A DNA stretch of 63,999 bases, filler included, from Jimgerdemannia flammicorona (taxonomy: Eukaryota), in assembly GCA_003990765.1 (NCBI GenBank). It is 3 parts of 3 records of this genome, joined end to end, with 100 filler letters (N's around TTAATTAATTAA, not from the genome) between each part and the next. Parts side by side here need not be neighbours in the genome. Positions count along the whole stretch, not along the records: positions 21,654 to 43,205 come from RBNJ01001429.1; positions 43,306 to 63,999 come from RBNJ01001607.1; 1 more part is not named here. One strand, 5' to 3'. The notes under the pieces were generated by a model. The model made no database searches, had not been told where the DNA came from, and saw only the letters and a list, made by a program, of their open reading frames with translations. Position 1 is the stretch's first letter, and each line of letters starts with the position of its first letter. The translations under genes were made by a program, and so were the position numbers. Below, one piece after another: positions 37,912 to 48,490 of this stretch.

Positions 37912-40771
37912 TATGACAAACCAGTAGAAAAATATACCAAGTTACTATCTAAATTAGTTACTATAATTAGCCATATACTATATCAAGAGTACTAGACAAC
38001 CAGAACTGCTCTACTGTGCCAACTTGTATAAATAACTCAGATAGCCAAAGAAGGAAACATTATGGGACATTGAAGGTCTTCTCAAGATATTGAAAGTCTC
38101 TTTGAGACATTGAATATCTTCTTGAGATATTAAAGGTCTTACCTCTTATAAATAGTAACCTATAGTTAGCCATATAGTAACTAGATAGCAACTAACTTTT
38201 ATAAAATACTTCAGAGATAAGAGTGAATAAATCTCAGTCTAAAAAGTCAAAGAAAAGCAGAAAGCTTTCTTTTCTACTTCAGTTCTCTTTTTAATATAAA
38301 GCTTTGAAGAAAAATCTACTACTTAAGAAAAAGACTATCTTTTGAGAAGTCTATCATGTTTTGATTTGCTTACCAGATAAGTCTGAAGAATTTGAGAAGT
38401 TCATCTTATCACAAAGCCAGTCTATTTTAATACAACTTTGTAGTAAAGCTAGTCTCTAATATGACTTTGCTAAGAGAAGAATTTATAATTCAAGTTATTT
38501 TCCAGAAAGTCTACTATAGGAATCTTGCCACAAAGTCAGTCTATCTAATACAACTTTGCAGTAGAGCCAGTCTTCAATATAACTCCATATAAACAAAGTC
38601 AGTCTTTGATATAACTTTGCTAAAAATCTGTACTATCTGAGTTATCAAGTTATTCAAGTTATTATTCAAGAAGCCTACTAATTTAGAAGAATCTATACTA
38701 AGTTGAGTTATCTATCAAATTGAGTTATCAATCTGCTACCTAATAAGAAAGTCTGTTAAGATTATCATATTAATAAATTGCATACTTTTTAAAAATACAA
38801 TTATCATACAAAAATTATATAAGGAACTCATTACACTATACAGAGATCATTATTCTATATAAAGACTATTATATAGAAATTATATAAGAAACCTGCTCAC
38901 ACTATATACTGTTACGTAGTGGTCACTGAGTTCTTCAAATATACCAGATTCTCTTCAAGGTGTATCTCTTAGACTAACTCAAGTTTATTATAAGCAAGTT
39001 CTTATTGGAGTACCTTTCCAAGGTCTTATAGTCCTCAAACTTCTTATCTTTAAACTGTCTTATTATCTCTTAGATTACTTGCAAGAAAGTATATATATTG
39101 CACTGAGTTGACTAAATGGACTAAGTGGACTGAGTGGACTGAGTGGACTGAGTAGACTGACTTTATTTCAGAGGAAATAAGAGGAGTATTTATACAAAAT
39201 ATAATTCAATGGTTGCTAAGATATAAAGCTAAATATAAATTCCAATAACTAAAATGAAATACCAGAACAGGGAAAACTGCTAAGTTCTAGGGTTGGTACT
39301 GATAGTTGTATAGGTTCAGAATGCTAGTATAATTCAGTATTACATCAAAATGCCAGTGCTGAAACAATTCAGTATTACATCAAAATGCCAGTGCTGGAAC
39401 AATTCAGTGTTATATCAAAATGCTGGTGCTGGAACAATTCAGTGTAACCAAGAGACTTAGAGTAGAATATTCAAGACCATAGGGACTTCATCCTCATCAG
39501 AGGTCAGGATGTCTTCAAAGGAGATGAGGTCTGCAAATGTCTCATCTGTCTTGTTATTATCATTGCATAGGTCATACATTTCACATTCTTTGCATATGTC
39601 ATATGGGATGATGACATCACTGATGATATCATCACATTTGGCAGTGGTGATAGCAGGAACAAAGAGATCTAGAGCTCTCCAGTCTATGAGGTTCTCTTCC
39701 ACAAAATAGGGAACAAATGTGGGGTCTTGGAGAGATCTAACCTGGATACTTGGGCCTTGGAATACTGAGATCAATCCTTGCAGGAATTGATCTGGGTTGT
39801 CCTGAAGAATGGAATGCCAGAAGTTTTCTATTTCATCATTATTGAGGGTGATAGTGGACTGGGCTTCTGTAGCCACTCTTGCTTATAGTGCATTGATATA
39901 GTGAGATGACAGATCTCTGAAATCTAAGACTCTAACATACTCCAAGTTGGGGATCAACCATGGTATATGCCTGAAGATCTGATAGATCTTCTTAGTTATC
40001 CTTATTTCACATATATCCATGGGAGTGATATCTTGTAGCTCTTGAGTGCTGGCCTGTGGGAACTCCTGATAGAGAAGATTTCCTATTTCATACTCCTGCT
40101 ATATTTGGAGGCATTCGGTAGTAATGGTGATTCTTGTTTCTATTTCACAGTAGTAGAGAATATAATAATAAGGGTCTTCAGTACCCAGGTTGATACTAGA
40201 AGTCCTTCTTGAGCAGGTCCTCATGACTCTTCTGATGTCTTGGAATATTCTTTCTTCGACTGAGATGCTTTGGTGGTTCTTTGACCTTGAGGTTTGGTGA
40301 GCAGCAGGCATTTTGTTTATAGTAAGTCTTTGAGCTATTTTGGGATTAGTGGGTCTTATTGATTACTGCTACTGTGGTTCCTTGATCCTTCTTTTATATT
40401 TCTCAAGATACTCAACTGTGGTCACAATGACTCATAGTTGGTCATCATTGCTCATCTCATATGCCATATAATCTTCTTATGCTCTGATCTGGTAACTTAC
40501 AAGGAAAGACTGTCTCCTGTACTGATGTCATCATTCTGGGGTCACTGTTATAATATATAAATCACTGCTTACACTCAAGAACTTATCCTAATAAGGAAAT
40601 CACCAGAATTAACTGCCATATTCAGATTTGACTATTATACCACTAAATATTAATAAGGATATTAAGAATCTTAGAATATTTTATACTTTTTAATAAAGTA
40701 ACTAAGAACTCAAGTCAAACTACATCAACCCTCAACCTTGTAATTTACCTCTATTGAGCTGGTACATTATA
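37912..40771 (+). mobile_element. Solo LTR family C (~1.2 kb net) containing a nested family A solo LTR
   Basis: TATGACA...CATTATA flanked by GTAT/GTAT (37908-11, 40772-75); core TATA 38200, AATAAA 38226, TCAGT 38234. Confidence 0.8.
38910..40552 (-). mobile_element. Solo LTR family A with decayed ORF (40311-39457)
   Basis: TGTTAC...GTTATA; flanks ATAC and ATAT (TSD with one C>T); ORFs 39457-39876 and 40099-40311 match the LTR protein. Confidence 0.9.
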
Positions 40772-40839
40772 GTATACTTGTATACTGAGTCTCTAAGTAA
40801 TATCTTATTTTTTGAATTATCTAAAAATAAGAGAGAGAT

Positions 40840-41210
40840 AGAAAATAGAATTATTACAGATAGTAAGATCTTTATAAATCTTCTCAATAATAGCTTAGAT
40901 AATTCTTTGACTTGCTTTTATATTAAAGAGTATATTATCAAAGTTTCACAAGATAACTTAGATCTCTTCTATAAAGTCTTAATCAATAACTCCTCCGCTT
41001 AGACTAATGTTGAAATTATTGACTAGGCTGTTTTGTTTAGCTAAATAGATATAGATTCCTTTAGAGACTTATATTCCAATATCTATCTATATTGTTATAT
41101 TTGAGTCTGATAAAATAGTGAGATTCTGATTACTGTAGAGATTATGGCCTATATTAGTTAAGTATATCTTAGTGAAGATAGTGGCTTTGTGAAACATTTT
41201 TTATATCTTG
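40840..41210 (-). pseudogene. Heavily decayed dUTPase within an old AT-rich element (~37401-42720)
   Basis: Minus strand reads NIGHNLY...YLAKQNSLV..SGGVID*DFIEEI*VIL (motifs 1-3). Confidence 0.7.
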
Positions 41211-42721
41211 ATAATATTTCAGAACTTCTCTTATCTGATCCTTATCCAATTATAATAATGCTATATTTTCTCAAGTTATTAAAAGAGTTTTATTCTTCTT
41301 TTCTAGGTAGTCATAAGATATATATTCTTTCTTCTTACAGATAAAGTATTGATCCTTTTTTCAGAGTTATCTTTGTTCATTTTTACTATATAACTTAGTC
41401 CTTCTATAGTTCTTTTGGCTATTCTAGTTCTTATTTCCAGATGTAGTAGCCTTTTATTCCTAGTAATTCTTCTTAAATTTCTGGTTTTATAGACTTTAGA
41501 TTATCAAAATCTCACAAGCTCTTTGTTATATTTGAGCAAAACACTATAAATAATACTGATATTCTTGAGAAACATCCTATTCCTTAATCTTCTAGATAAA
41601 CTAGTCTAATAAAGCTACTAAGAGATAATTGATCCTAGTACTATTAATAGCTAGATTATTTTCTAATAGATAAGTTCTATAGTCTTAAGGTAGATATCTA
41701 TTCTGGTAGTGAAGATTTTAAGATGACCCTTACTATCATTATAGAACTTCATATATATAGGCTAGCTTATTCTAAGTTTCTTAAATATAAACTATATTTT
41801 AGAATTTATTTGGTAGAAAGGTCTTAAGTTCTAGATCTATAACATAGTTATCTCATTCTAGTCAATTTTTAGTTGAATTTTGACTATAGACTTAGAGTCT
41901 GTTTTTCTAGATTATAAGGTATTCTTCTAAGATATACCAGAACTTAACTATTATTCTTATAAAAAAACATTGCAACTATCTCTATCTGAGCTATAGATAT
42001 TATATATAACTATTAGAAAGTATACTCAATATTGTTGAGTATTCAAAATAGTAGTAGATTATCATTTCATTAGTTGGCTCACTATTCTATATCTACTATA
42101 TTGATGAATATTTTAATATTACTGTTCTTTCTACTAAATATTAGAATTCATAGTTTGTTCTATTTTACAATTTATCTAACTATTCCTATTAGTATTACTA
42201 GCTATAGAGTAAGGGTCTAGATCTGATCATCAGTCATTATAGTTATTAGTAATAGAACAATAAGAGTTAATTCTTCTAATAAGAGTTCTGTCTAATATAA
42301 TTAAGGTGCTATATAACTTGGGGTTGTTTGGTTTTTAAAAAGAAGATTAAATAGATTTACAAAATTAGATAGTTTAAATCTCTAAACTAGTGACTGATCT
42401 TATTCAGATATCTGGAGTTCTTAGCTCTTTTAATTGCTAGAAGTATCTAGTTAGAATATTTCTAGGCCTATAGTTTCTTATTAACTATCATCAGATTAGT
42501 ACCCTCTTAGGTCTTTCTCAGGATTACTATCTTGATGAATATACATAATAGTTCTAGTTTCTTTAAAAGAAAGTAGCTAAGTTCTGATATTTCTGATAGA
42601 TCTAAAGTAGCTCAAAAAGATACTTATAGATTCAGATATTCTTGAAGGAATTCTGGAAGAAAATATTCTAAGCTTTATTTAAGAATATTTATATAAGATC
42701 TGAAGAAAGATCTGGAAGGAT

Positions 42722-43205
42722 AGGGGTTGGGAGACTTTGGGCAGACCATTGGGGACTGCTTGGGGGTAAGGCGTAGGGGTGATGAGGTAAGGGGGAGGTG
42801 GGAGGACCTGAGGGATCGATTGATAGGAGGGGTAGGGGAAGAGTGGATTATGCTAGGCTGGGCATTGGCTATTTGGGTTGGACTGGCCGGCCACTGGCTA
42901 TTTGTATTTGAGGAGGAGAAGCGATAGAGCTTGGGGAGCCGGTTAGCAAGGTGGCAGTTCCTTATGGAGGATACCTTGACAGGCTGGTGGCTTGGTTGGG
43001 GGTTGCAGGGGGGTCAGAGGCACCGCTTGGTGGTGAAAATCTGTGGTCAGAGTGGTGGGAGAGTTGGCATTGTTAGTGAGAGAGTGGTCTTTATACATGA
43101 AGAGGTGAGGTAGGACCCCCCGATGGGGATCGGTTAGTGGGTGGTGATATTGTATACTTATTCATAGACTGGTAATAAAGTTGGAGTCTAAGGGACTATA
43201 AAAAA
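42722..43205 (+). mobile_element. 5'-truncated LINE 3' end with start of poly(A)
   Basis: Highly similar to ~57490-57975. Confidence 0.9.
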
Positions 43206-43305
43206 NNNNNNNNNNNNNNNNNNNNNNNNNNNNNNNNNNNNNNNNNNNNTTAATTAATTAANNNNNNNNNNNNNNNNNNNNNNNNNNNNNNNNNNNNNNN
43301 NNNNN
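43206..43305. other. Artificial contig spacer (N44-TTAATTAATTAA-N44)
   Basis: Same spacer as 21554-21653. Confidence 0.98.
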
Positions 43306-43320
43306 AACAATCTGACCACC

Positions 43321-43740
43321 AGAACACTAGACTTTGTCAAGTTAAGACAAACTGCTAAGGCCCCAACCAAAGGAAGTCAAAAAGCAGCTGGATATGACCT
43401 GTATGCAGCCGAAGAAGCTACAGTTTCCAACCAAGAAGTCAAACAAGTCTATACAGGAATCAGTATCCAAATCCCTGAAGGACATGTTGGAAGAATATGC
43501 TGTTGCAGCAGCCTAGCGCTAAAAGGACTCTCAGTAGAAGGAGGAGTCATTGATGAAGATTATACAGGCAAAATCATTGTCCTCATCCGAAATCACAGTT
43601 GGATACCCTTCAAGATCCCTATTGGTTTCTGCATCGCCCAGATCCTATTCAAAAAAATCAAGTCAACCCTGACAGTCAAAGAAGTCCCTGAACTACTGCC
43701 CACCATCCGAGGATCCAAAGGATTTGGCTCATCAAACAAG
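43321..43740 (+). pseudogene. dUTPase domain, open across the whole domain
   Basis: AAGYDLYAAE, CCSSLALKG (R>C consistent with CpG decay), GGVIDEDYTG, IAQILF, RGSKGFGSS. Confidence 0.95.
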
Positions 43741-43949
43741 GCCCCAGCCCAATCTACTATGAGCAAAGAAGAATAATTCTACAAGAAGATAGAAGATGGA
43801 TATGTACCAAGTGGCTGATGCCCTCATGGTATTGGAATGTACTCTTCCCGAATGATTGATGATTGCTTCTCTTGTGTCAACGAACTGACTCAAAGAAGAA
43901 CCAACAGAAGAAAGGCTCCTACAACCGAAATCACCACCATTGGATCAGA

Positions 43950-44290
43950 CAAACTGCTCACCCTTAAAGCCTTTGTCAACGGAGCACCTGTCAAGATCAT
44001 GATAGACTGTGGTGCCTCAGGCAATTTCATTAATGAAGAGACAGCCAACAGACTCAAGGTCTTCACCTCCCCAGTATAGCAAACTCAAGCAGTTGCTACA
44101 GCTGATGGAACCTCACATGTTATTAGCAAAGAAGTCCGCAATCTACCCTTCTGAATTGGCAACTACCGAGTACATATTACCCTCCAAATTGTACCACTTC
44201 CTGACAATGAAATCATCCTTGGGACTCCATGGTTAAAATAAGAGAACCCCATGATCGATTGGGTAAACCATTCTCTAACCATCAAGAAAG
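43950..44290 (+). pseudogene. Retroviral-type aspartic protease
   Basis: KIMIDCGASGNFI, ADG, IILGTPWL..NPMIDW. Confidence 0.9.
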
Positions 44291-46208
44291 GACGCCACAA
44301 CTTCAAACTACAAGGTGAAAAGGACCCACTCAACTCTAGTGACCCTGGACCAAAGATCACCCACATCAACAAACTACAACTCAAGAAATTGGCCAAGAAA
44401 TGCCCTCTCTTCGCCATCTCCATCCAACCATCCAGAGGAGAACCCAAGAACTCTGAGGAAGACTTTTCCAAAGTTGACAGCCATGTCAGACCACTACTCC
44501 AGAAGGTCCAAGACACATTTCCAAACTGAACTACAGAACCACCTGCACCTGTCATTATTAATGACCAAGAAGAATACAAGGTTGAACAAATCCTCAACAA
44601 AAATAGCCACAAGAACCATCCAAATGGTACAACAACACCAGAACAAATTGGAAGGCCCCGACGAGGACGTCGAAAGCTAAGAAGGGGAGAGTTGTAAGTG
44701 CACAATCTCCAAGCCACTAAAATCGCATGGTATCCTCAGAACTAATTTGGAAACCATATGTGAGACTACAAAACAAGTTACTGAAGAGATCATCTGGTTA
44801 CACAAATACGCCAGCAAGCACGAGAACCCACTGCCAAGATACAAGAATACTAGAAGAAGTACTACAACCATAAGACTGACTCTGAACCGCTATAGCTTGT
44901 TTGGTGTACTGTACTATTACAAAGAAGCCGAAAGTACCAAACTCAAATCAAGACAAGAAGAACCCTATCTTACCCACTAAAAGGTTCACGAACTGCACTT
45001 ATCAACTCAAGACCAAGATATACCATGACTATACAAGACCTCATTACTTAGCAGAAGCAAAATGCATTTGAACAACTCTGTTCGCTTTATCTGTGTCACC
45101 TCCGTTGGAGAGTGACAGACACTTCATCTGAACTCAAGAAAGCCGACAACATCGAAACCAATCTCAAGCCATCCATGTGATAGATATTACTACTAGAAAT
45201 TGCCTCGGATTACAGAAAATATCATTTCTGAGAGGTTCGAACCCCCAGCTGCGACATTGGGAGCCCTCGCCCTAGACGAGAATGGCCAGTCCTCGCAAAT
45301 GCACCAGCAGACCAAAAAAAAAAGAGAACCAAGACCTGTTATCCTTGTACAACCACCGCCACCAAGGACAGCCTTAATCTTATAAGAGATAGACATGATG
45401 ATATCTTGAAAACTGATGATATCAGAAAAACTGCTCAGACTTTGCCAGTGATGATGTCATCAATAGTGATGTCATCAAGGACTAACCAGACAGTGCCTAA
45501 ATCTATAAATAGTCTAGCAGTTATAATATAGTTAGATTAGCCTTATACAACGTGACTGTGAACTGACTCAGCAGTCAGACGATCTCTTGACATATCAGAT
45601 CACACTTGTACTAAGTGACTGCATTCCAACTCAACAAGGCACTTAGTGCTACATCTATATTCAGCATAGTCCAGATAGCCCCTCACTAGTATAAATACCC
45701 CCTCTCCCAGACCTCAGAATCTCAGACTCGAACAGACTCGAACAGACTCGAACAGACTTGAACAATCCAAACACAACTCCTGAGTACTTTCCCACAATAT
45801 CCCTTCACACAAATACTCCTAGTATAGCAATATCATGAATAGCAAATTAACCTATTCCATAACCCACAAACCACTCTTAAGTAAATCCACTCTCTGTTAT
45901 GTCCTACTCCTAACCCTGTCACGAAATTTCCTAATTGGGTATTGTCTGCAGTGATATGCCAATTCAACTAAGCTGGTCTTAGTTTCTTGAACTTCCTGAA
46001 ATACGGAAAATCCTGAACATCCAGAACTAGTCCAGAAAAGGACTTTGGTTGAGACGTCAACCCAATCTTGAAATCAATAAGCATAGAGGATGTACTCCAT
46101 ATGAAATTGATCTTGACCATAAGAAAACGGTCTTCCAGAATATCCAGAACTTCCAGAAAACCCTTCTAGAACTACATAACGGTCACCCTAAAAAGTAACC
46201 CTCTTACA

Positions 46209-47021
46209 TCTTCTGTAGTAGCTGCAAATCTCTGCACTGGTCTCCTGTTGGTACTTCGGACTTCTCTAACAACATCACCAAGGTGTGCAGTCATCTTGGC
46301 GAACTGCTTGGCAAGTTCTTCCACTGGGTCAGCTTTGGCTGTCTTGGGGTTAGGTGGGATTGGTTGTCTGTTTACAACTGTGGTAGGTATGATACTAGTT
46401 GGCTTTGATGGCTCCATCTTGATGCCAGTTATTTTCTCCATTGAGTGTTTGGCAGGGTGTCTGGCAGTCCAATATCTCTGTGCAAAGACCACTTTCTGAT
46501 CAAGGGTCAGTGCAGCTGGGGTAGACTGAATTGCTAGGGCAATTTTAGGGTGAACTCCTTTGAGGAAGGTTGAATCTGCTATTTGTTCCTTGAGGTGATC
46601 ATCATAGCCAGCCAGGACAATCTGGTGGCAAATTCAGGTATAGAATAAGTTGGGATCTTTACTAAGACCCTGGCAGATAGTATTGAGTTGATCCTTGAGA
46701 GCTTGCTTGATCTCTTCAGTATAATATGTTGTTCTGAGGAAGGCCTTCATGTTGACAAGTTTGGCTGCACCAGCATCAGCAATGGTGGCTGCATTGAACT
46801 TGTCTCTGGCAGGTCCTCTGAGGCTGACCAGTAGAAGGGCCAATTGAGAATCTACACCAAGGGCTCATACAGCGGCAAATTGTTCAAAGTCTTCAATGAA
46901 GGTCAGGATTGACTCTTCAGTTGTATATCCATAGAATGTGGGGGGGCGCATTTCTATCTTGTCTTGAATTCTAGCAGGGGTGACTCTTGTAGTCAGAGTA
47001 GTTGTTGTGGGGGTTGTTCAT
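46209..47021 (-). pseudogene. gag: Gypsy gag (capsid region), truncated by the 43306-46208 element
   Basis: MRPPTFYG..FIEDFEQF..SLRGPARDKF..ICQG..TFLKGVHP..DPVEELAKQFAKM. Confidence 0.88.
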
Positions 47022-47060
47022 TTTTCAGCTTGAAAGTGAGGGATTTGTCTTGAATCACCA

Positions 47061-47074
47061 GCCAATAGGCACCA
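47061..47074 (-). promoter_or_regulatory. Primer binding site
   Basis: TGGTGCCTATTGGC 3 nt inside the LTR end; complementary to a tRNA ending ...GGCACCA (identity not determined). Confidence 0.7.
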
Positions 47075-47515
47075 AGTTGTCACATAGTGGTCGCTGAGTC
47101 CTTCAAATATGCCAGATTCTCTTCAAGGTGTATCTCTTAGACTAACTCAAGTTGTTATAAGCAAGTTCTTATTGGAGTGCCTTCCAAAGGTCTTATAGTC
47201 CTCAAACTTCTTATCTTTAACTGTCTTGTTATCTCTTAGATTGCTTGCAAGGAAGTGTGTGTAAGTGAAACTGGAACTTGACTGACTTTATTTCAGAGGA
47301 AATAAGAGAGGTATTTATACAAAATATAATTCAATAGTTGCTAAGATATAAAGCTAAATATAAATTTCAATAACTAAAACTATCTGGCATTATTTAGTAT
47401 CATATCAAAATGCCAGTACTGGAACAATTTTGCATCACCTCAGAATACCGGTACTGCCATTATCCAGTATTACATGAGAATCCTGATGACGGCATTATCC
47501 AGTGTAACAAAGAAC

Positions 47516-48490
47516 TTAGAGCAGAAAGTTCAGGACCATGGGAGCTTCATCATCATCATCACTGAAGGAGATGAGGTCCGCGAATTCATCATGCAGGCCG
47601 CACGTCTTGCATACTTTATTGTTATGTGTTTTGTGTTCTTCGTGTGCTTTGGGTATGTCATGCGGGATGACATCATCGCCGATGATGTCATCATGTTTGG
47701 CAGGGAAATCGGGAATAAGATCTGGAGCTCTCCAGTCTATGAGGTTCTCTTCCACAAAATAGGGGACAAATGTGGGGTCTTGGGGAGATCTAACCTGGAT
47801 GCTTGGGCCTTGGAATACTGAGATCAATCCTTGCAGGAATTGGTCTGGGTTGTCCTGAAGGACAGGGTGCCAGAAGTCTTCTACTTCTTCGCTGTTGAGG
47901 GTGATGGTGGACTGGGTTTCTGTGGCTACCCTGGCTTTTAGTGCATTGATATGGCAGGATGACAGGTCTCTGAAGTCTGAGACTCTAACATACTCCAAGT
48001 TGGGGATCGACCATGGTGCATGCCTGAAGATCTGATGGATCTTCTTTGCTGTTCTTGTCTCACATAGGTCCATGAGAGTGGCATCTTGTAGCTCTTGAGG
48101 GCTGGCCTGTGGGAACTCCTGGCAGAGGAGGTTTCCTATTTTGTACTCCTGCCACATTTGGAGGCATTCGGTGGCAATGGTGATCCTTGTTTCTATTTCA
48201 TAGTGGTAGAGAATGAAGTGATAGGGGTCTGCAGTACCCAGGTTGACACTAGGAGTCCTTCTTGAGTGGGTCCTCATAGCTCTTCTGATATCTTGGAACA
48301 TCCTTTCCTCGACTGAGATATCTTGATGTTTCCTTGACCTTGAGGTTTGGTGGGCAGCAGGCATTTTGTTTGTGGTAAGTCTTTGAGCTATTTTTGGGAT
48401 TGGTGGTTCTTGTTGGTTGCTGCTACTGCAGTTCCTTGATCTTTCTTTTATATTCTTCAGGATGCTTGTGCTGTGGTCACAATGACTCAC
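47516..48490 (-). CDS. Uninterrupted LTR(U3)-encoded protein of unknown function (324 codons open from GTG; 282 aa from the ATG at 48364)
   Basis: Open frame lies wholly inside the LTR, upstream of its TATA (~47319); same frame in four other copies; diverged homolog at 4002-4949; VCKxC motif and acidic tail. Confidence 0.85.
   Translation of the reverse strand: MSHCDHSTSILKNIKERSRNCSSSNQQEPPIPKIAQRLTTNKMPAAHQTSRSRKHQDISVEERMFQDIRRAMRTHSRRTPSVNLGTADPYHFILYHYEIETRITIATECLQMWQEYKIGNLLCQEFPQASPQELQDATLMDLCETRTAKKIHQIFRHAPWSIPNLEYVRVSDFRDLSSCHINALKARVATETQSTITLNSEEVEDFWHPVLQDNPDQFLQGLISVFQGPSIQVRSPQDPTFVPYFVEENLIDWRAPDLIPDFPAKHDDIIGDDVIPHDIPKAHEEHKTHNNKVCKTCGLHDEFADLISFSDDDDEAPMVLNFLL

Larger units (their letters stand above)
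43306..46208 (+). mobile_element. Internally deleted chromovirus-like Gypsy: dUTPase - protease - chromodomain stub - PPT - LTR (44693-46208)
   Basis: One frame from 43321 to ~44697; PPT AAGAAGGGGAGAG; LTR TGTAAG...CTTACA with perfect 6-bp inverted ends; family A gag resumes at 46209. Confidence 0.8.

Noticed and set aside
47516..48490. env gene
   Set aside because: No signal peptide or transmembrane segment evident, and it lies inside the LTR.
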